NCBI GenBank assembly: GCA_043804515.1
Contig: JAZDIZ010000148.1
Span: forward strand, 1 to 27,661
Reading direction: 5' to 3'
Origin: Pseudomonadota bacterium
GTDB lineage: Bacteria > Bdellovibrionota_G > JALEGL01 > DATDPG01
Length of the DNA: 27,661 nt
Under the pieces are notes generated by a model. That model saw only the letters and a program-made list of their open reading frames with translations. It had not been told where the DNA came from and did not search any database. Position numbers and translations under genes: made by a program. The number at the start of each line of letters is the position of its first letter. The first letter of the stretch is position 1. This document shows, one piece after another, positions 24,522 through 27,661 of this stretch.

Positions 24522-24887
24522 TCAACCCCGGGCCCAGGCTTCGCCGTGAAACGCCGCCGTCAGCGCCGTCGTAAGCACCACGGCCGCCACGCCGGCTCCA
24601 AACGCGTAGAGATTCATCGGCAGAAACCTCACGAGCGCCCACGCCGCCAGAAGAAAGGCGCCGAATTTGAAAACAAACACCGCCAATAAGGGGACCAAGA
24701 TTCTCGGGTTCGGACCCAAGAGGCGCCGTACGATAAGACGGATCACCCAAAAGTCCGCCGTCATGAGGGCCGCGCCGGCCGCGACGCCGGCGGTGACATC
24801 CACGGAACGGAGCGCAAGGCTCGTGGCCGCCGCGCCGACGCAGACGATCACGTTATTTCTCATGATCCTGTTTAGTGTTTTCTCCAT
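24522..24887 (-). CDS. atpI: ATP synthase subunit I (4-TM)
   Basis: 121 aa, four hydrophobic helices, immediately upstream of atpB. Confidence 0.8.
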   Translation of the reverse strand: MEKTLNRIMRNNVIVCVGAAATSLALRSVDVTAGVAAGAALMTADFWVIRLIVRRLLGPNPRILVPLLAVFVFKFGAFLLAAWALVRFLPMNLYAFGAGVAAVVLTTALTAAFHGEAWARG

Positions 24888-25110
24888 CTTCTTTCCCGGA
24901 CCGGCGGATCAGGTCACGAAGGATCCGGATCGACGCCGCCAGACCCAAAACCACGCCGGTCCCCAAGCCCCACGGGGAAATCCCCCAGCGCCGGTCCGCC
25001 AACGTACCCAGCCAGGCCCCCAGAACCGGCGCCATGGCCGCTTCGAACGCAAGCGTTGCCAAAGCCGTCCACCGAGCCGGGGGTTTGATGTCGATCTCCG
25101 ATCTCCGCAA
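24853..25110 (-). CDS. atpZ: AtpZ/AtpI-family small membrane protein
   Basis: GAWLGTLADRRWGISPW...GVVLG pattern (G..lD...gt.Pw), two TM helices, first gene of the Fo cluster. Start uncertain. Confidence 0.8.
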   Translation of the reverse strand: MRRSEIDIKPPARWTALATLAFEAAMAPVLGAWLGTLADRRWGISPWGLGTGVVLGLAASIRILRDLIRRSGKEDGENTKQDHEK

Positions 25111-25205
25111 CCGTCAGAACCCGTTGTTCTTACAGCAACTTTCTCCCAAGTCAACCTGACTTGAGCCGATTCGGGACTCGTGTGGTTTCCTGGTAGACTT
25201 TCTAG

Positions 25206-25889
25206 ATGCTCCCCTCCCCAGAACCCGCCGATACGATCCGGGCGTTTCAAAAACGGAAACTTCTTTTCAAGCGTGTGGAGGTTGTCGCGGTCATTCTCTT
25301 TGCTGTCGGGCTAACCATGCCCCTCTGGCCTCTCGTCGGCCTTCCTTACGAACACTATTTCCCGATCTTGGTGGTTCTTGTTGTATTCCCGCTTTTCCTC
25401 TTCTGGGGCTTTTTTTGTGCGTGCCCGCGCTGCAAAAAAAGGGCGCTTCAGTTGAACGCGGTGGCTTGCCCGCGTTGCGGGGCGCGGCTCTCGGATCAGG
25501 CCCCCAAGTCCGAACCCGAACCGGAAGCCAAAAAGCTTGAAGACCCATACTTCTTCAGGGCTGAGATCGCCCGCCGGCGGGTTTTGAAGAAGCGGGCGTT
25601 TCGCCTTCTTTGGACGTTGGTCGGGCTCTTTCCTTTTTGTGCGTTCTGGCTTTCTTGGCAGGTTGGCGTCCCTTCTATGTTTCGGGAGCTTTCGGTTGCT
25701 ATTCTCATAAGCATGCTGATTGTTCTAACTTTTATAGCGCTCAAGAAGCTCGTCGCCTGCCCCTTCTGCCACAAACCCTTGATCCGGGATTATCGTGTTT
25801 GGTGGAGGACATTCAAGAAGATCACAACCTGCGAACTCTGCGGCGCCGACGTCCGTGATTTCGTGGCCGGAATCTTCGCGAAGAATTGA
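25206..25889 (+). CDS. Membrane protein with two tandem [2 TM + CxxC...CxxC zinc-ribbon] modules
   Basis: CPRC...CPRC and CPFC...CELC each follow a pair of TM helices. Confidence 0.75.
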   Translation: MLPSPEPADTIRAFQKRKLLFKRVEVVAVILFAVGLTMPLWPLVGLPYEHYFPILVVLVVFPLFLFWGFFCACPRCKKRALQLNAVACPRCGARLSDQAPKSEPEPEAKKLEDPYFFRAEIARRRVLKKRAFRLLWTLVGLFPFCAFWLSWQVGVPSMFRELSVAILISMLIVLTFIALKKLVACPFCHKPLIRDYRVWWRTFKKITTCELCGADVRDFVAGIFAKN

Positions 25890-25967
25890 TTCCCGGCGGT
25901 CGCCTGGCGCCCTGTTCACCTTCCGGCGGAGTTGGTTTTTGCCGAAAATCCTGTGTAGGAAAAGGTT

Positions 25968-27119
25968 GTGAGGCTTCCTTCGGTCGTCGTCGTTCTGGGG
26001 CTCGTGAGCCTGCTCACCGACTTCAGCTCCGAGATGATCTTTCCTCTCCTTCCGGTTTTTCTGACGCAGACTCTCGGGGCGACTCCCGTCTTCGTCGGCC
26101 TCGTGGACGGCGTGGCCGAGGCCATGGCGAGCTTCCTCAAGCTCTGGTCCGGAACGCTCGCGGACCGTTGGGGGCGGCGCAAACCCCTGGTTCTCTTCGG
26201 ATACGGCCTGGCCGGTTTTGTCCGGCCGTTCATGGCCGTCGTATCGGCTCCCTGGCACGTCCTCGCTATCCGCGTCACTGACCGGATCGGTAAGGGCGTA
26301 CGCACGTCGCCCCGTGACGCCCTGATCGCCGAGAGCGTCGCCGCCGATCATGCGGGTCGCGCCTTCGGGTTCCAGCGTTCCTTGGATCACCTCGGCGCCG
26401 TTCTCGGGCCCCTGGCCGCGACGGCGCTGTTGGGTGTCGGTATCGGACTGCGTCCCGTCTTCGCTCTCGCCGCGATCCCGGCCGTTGTGGCGTTCTTCGT
26501 CCTCCTCTCCATCCGCGACACCCGGAAGGCTTCCGACGCGCGTGCGATCCTCCCGGATTCGGCGGCGGCAAAGCTTCCTTCGCCGCTCAAGACCTATCTT
26601 GCGATTCTTCTTCTCTTTTCGCTGGGAAACTCGTCGGACCTGTTTCTTCTCCTGCGCGCCAGGGACCTTGGAATCTCCACCGCCGCGATCCCGCTCCTTT
26701 GGGCGGCGTTTCACGTCACGAAATCGGCCAGCGCCTACTGGGCGGGAAGGGCCGCCGACCGGTTCCCCCGGCGCGCCGTCATCATCGTCGGCTGGGCCGT
26801 CTACGCCGCGGTCTATCTGGGCTTCGGCCTGGCCCGGCATGCCGCGGAAATTTGGGTCCTGTTTCTAATCTACGGAACGTATTACGGCCTCACCGAGCCC
26901 GCCGAGAAAGCAATGGTGTCCGATCTGGCCCCGAAGGAAGCCCGCGGCCGCGCCTATGGTTCGTATAACTTCGTCCTGGGTATCAGCACGGTCCCCGCCA
27001 GCCTCCTGACCGGCTGGCTGTGGCAGACGTTCAGCCCCGCCGCCGCTCTTCTGACGGGCGCCGGATTGGCGGCCGCGGCCTCCGCTCTCTTGGCGCTATG
27101 GAAATCGCGGCCCTCCTGA
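25968..27119 (+). CDS. MFS transporter
   Basis: About 12 TM; motif A GTLADRWGRRK and GRAADRFPRR; also DRIGKGVRTSPRDALI. Confidence 0.92.
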   Translation: MRLPSVVVVLGLVSLLTDFSSEMIFPLLPVFLTQTLGATPVFVGLVDGVAEAMASFLKLWSGTLADRWGRRKPLVLFGYGLAGFVRPFMAVVSAPWHVLAIRVTDRIGKGVRTSPRDALIAESVAADHAGRAFGFQRSLDHLGAVLGPLAATALLGVGIGLRPVFALAAIPAVVAFFVLLSIRDTRKASDARAILPDSAAAKLPSPLKTYLAILLLFSLGNSSDLFLLLRARDLGISTAAIPLLWAAFHVTKSASAYWAGRAADRFPRRAVIIVGWAVYAAVYLGFGLARHAAEIWVLFLIYGTYYGLTEPAEKAMVSDLAPKEARGRAYGSYNFVLGISTVPASLLTGWLWQTFSPAAALLTGAGLAAAASALLALWKSRPS

Positions 27120-27132
27120 GAGTTCCGATTCT

Positions 27133-27661
27133 CTAGAGCTTCTTCAGCGCCGCTTCGTGCGCCTGGATTGTCTTTTCGAGATCGCGGTCGTCGTGCGCCA
27201 TCGAGAGGAACCACGATTCGAACTGGGAGCACGGGATGTAAATGCCCGCGTCCAGCATGCCGTGGAAATACTTGGCAAAGAGGTGGAGGTTGGACGTTTG
27301 GGCTTCGGCGTAATTCCGAACGGGCCCCGGCGTGAAAAAGAGAGAGAACATGGACCCCGAACGATTCACGGTCACGCGGACGTCCGCCTTGTCGGCTTTC
27401 CTCTTGAGTTCCTCCGCCAGGTACTTGGCGCGATAATCCAGCGTTTCGTACGTTTCCGCCTCCCTAAGCAGCTTGAGCGTCTTGATGCCCGCCGCCATGG
27501 CTACGGGATTTCCGGAGAGCGTCCCCGCCTGGTAGACCGGCCCCGTCGGGGCCAGCATTTCCATGATGTCCCGCCTGCCTCCGTACGCCCCGACCGGAAG
27601 GCCTCCGCCGATGATTTTTCCCAGACATGTCAGGTCCGCCTGGACGCTGTATTTCTCCTGA
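27133..27661 (-). CDS. hemL: Glutamate-1-semialdehyde 2,1-aminomutase, 3' part (5' end outside the window)
   Basis: Frame open from the right edge: ADLTCLGKIIGGGLPVGAYGG (PLP lysine), GPVYQAGTLSGNP and SQFESWF. Confidence 0.96.
   Translation of the reverse strand, partial: QEKYSVQADLTCLGKIIGGGLPVGAYGGRRDIMEMLAPTGPVYQAGTLSGNPVAMAAGIKTLKLLREAETYETLDYRAKYLAEELKRKADKADVRVTVNRSGSMFSLFFTPGPVRNYAEAQTSNLHLFAKYFHGMLDAGIYIPCSQFESWFLSMAHDDRDLEKTIQAHEAALKKL

Overview
GC-rich bacterial chromosomal window, probably from a deltaproteobacterial-type lineage (Bdellovibrionota/Myxococcota-like). This is inferred from the stand-alone hemL..atpZ-atpI-atpB-atpE Fo cluster, the N-terminally extended AtpE and many orphan secreted proteins. 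Housekeeping genes: PBP1A (mrcA), dnaJ, atpZ/I/B/E, the 3' half of hemL and two MFS transporters. Best candidates for novel biology: (1) a translationally coupled pair encoding a 27-heme c-type cytochrome (nine triheme modules, 27 spare His) and an outer-membrane beta-barrel, i.e. a putative porin-cytochrome electron conduit; (2) a ~120-nt structured RNA between a promoter and a terminator upstream of a GlpT/UhpC-family transporter; (3) a MoaA-like radical SAM protein that has lost the auxiliary Fe-S cluster cysteines and the C-terminal GG; (4) nested palindromic REP/REPIN-like repeats, plus an AT-richer orphan gene bracketed by 65-bp direct repeats; (5) orphan secreted proteins, including a pre-toxin-TG-like plus clan-CD-protease-like protein and an HExxH-led three-gene cluster; (6) a nucleotidyltransferase with a 52-aa coupled partner missing from the ORF track. 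All family assignments come from motif recognition by eye; no database searches were run.
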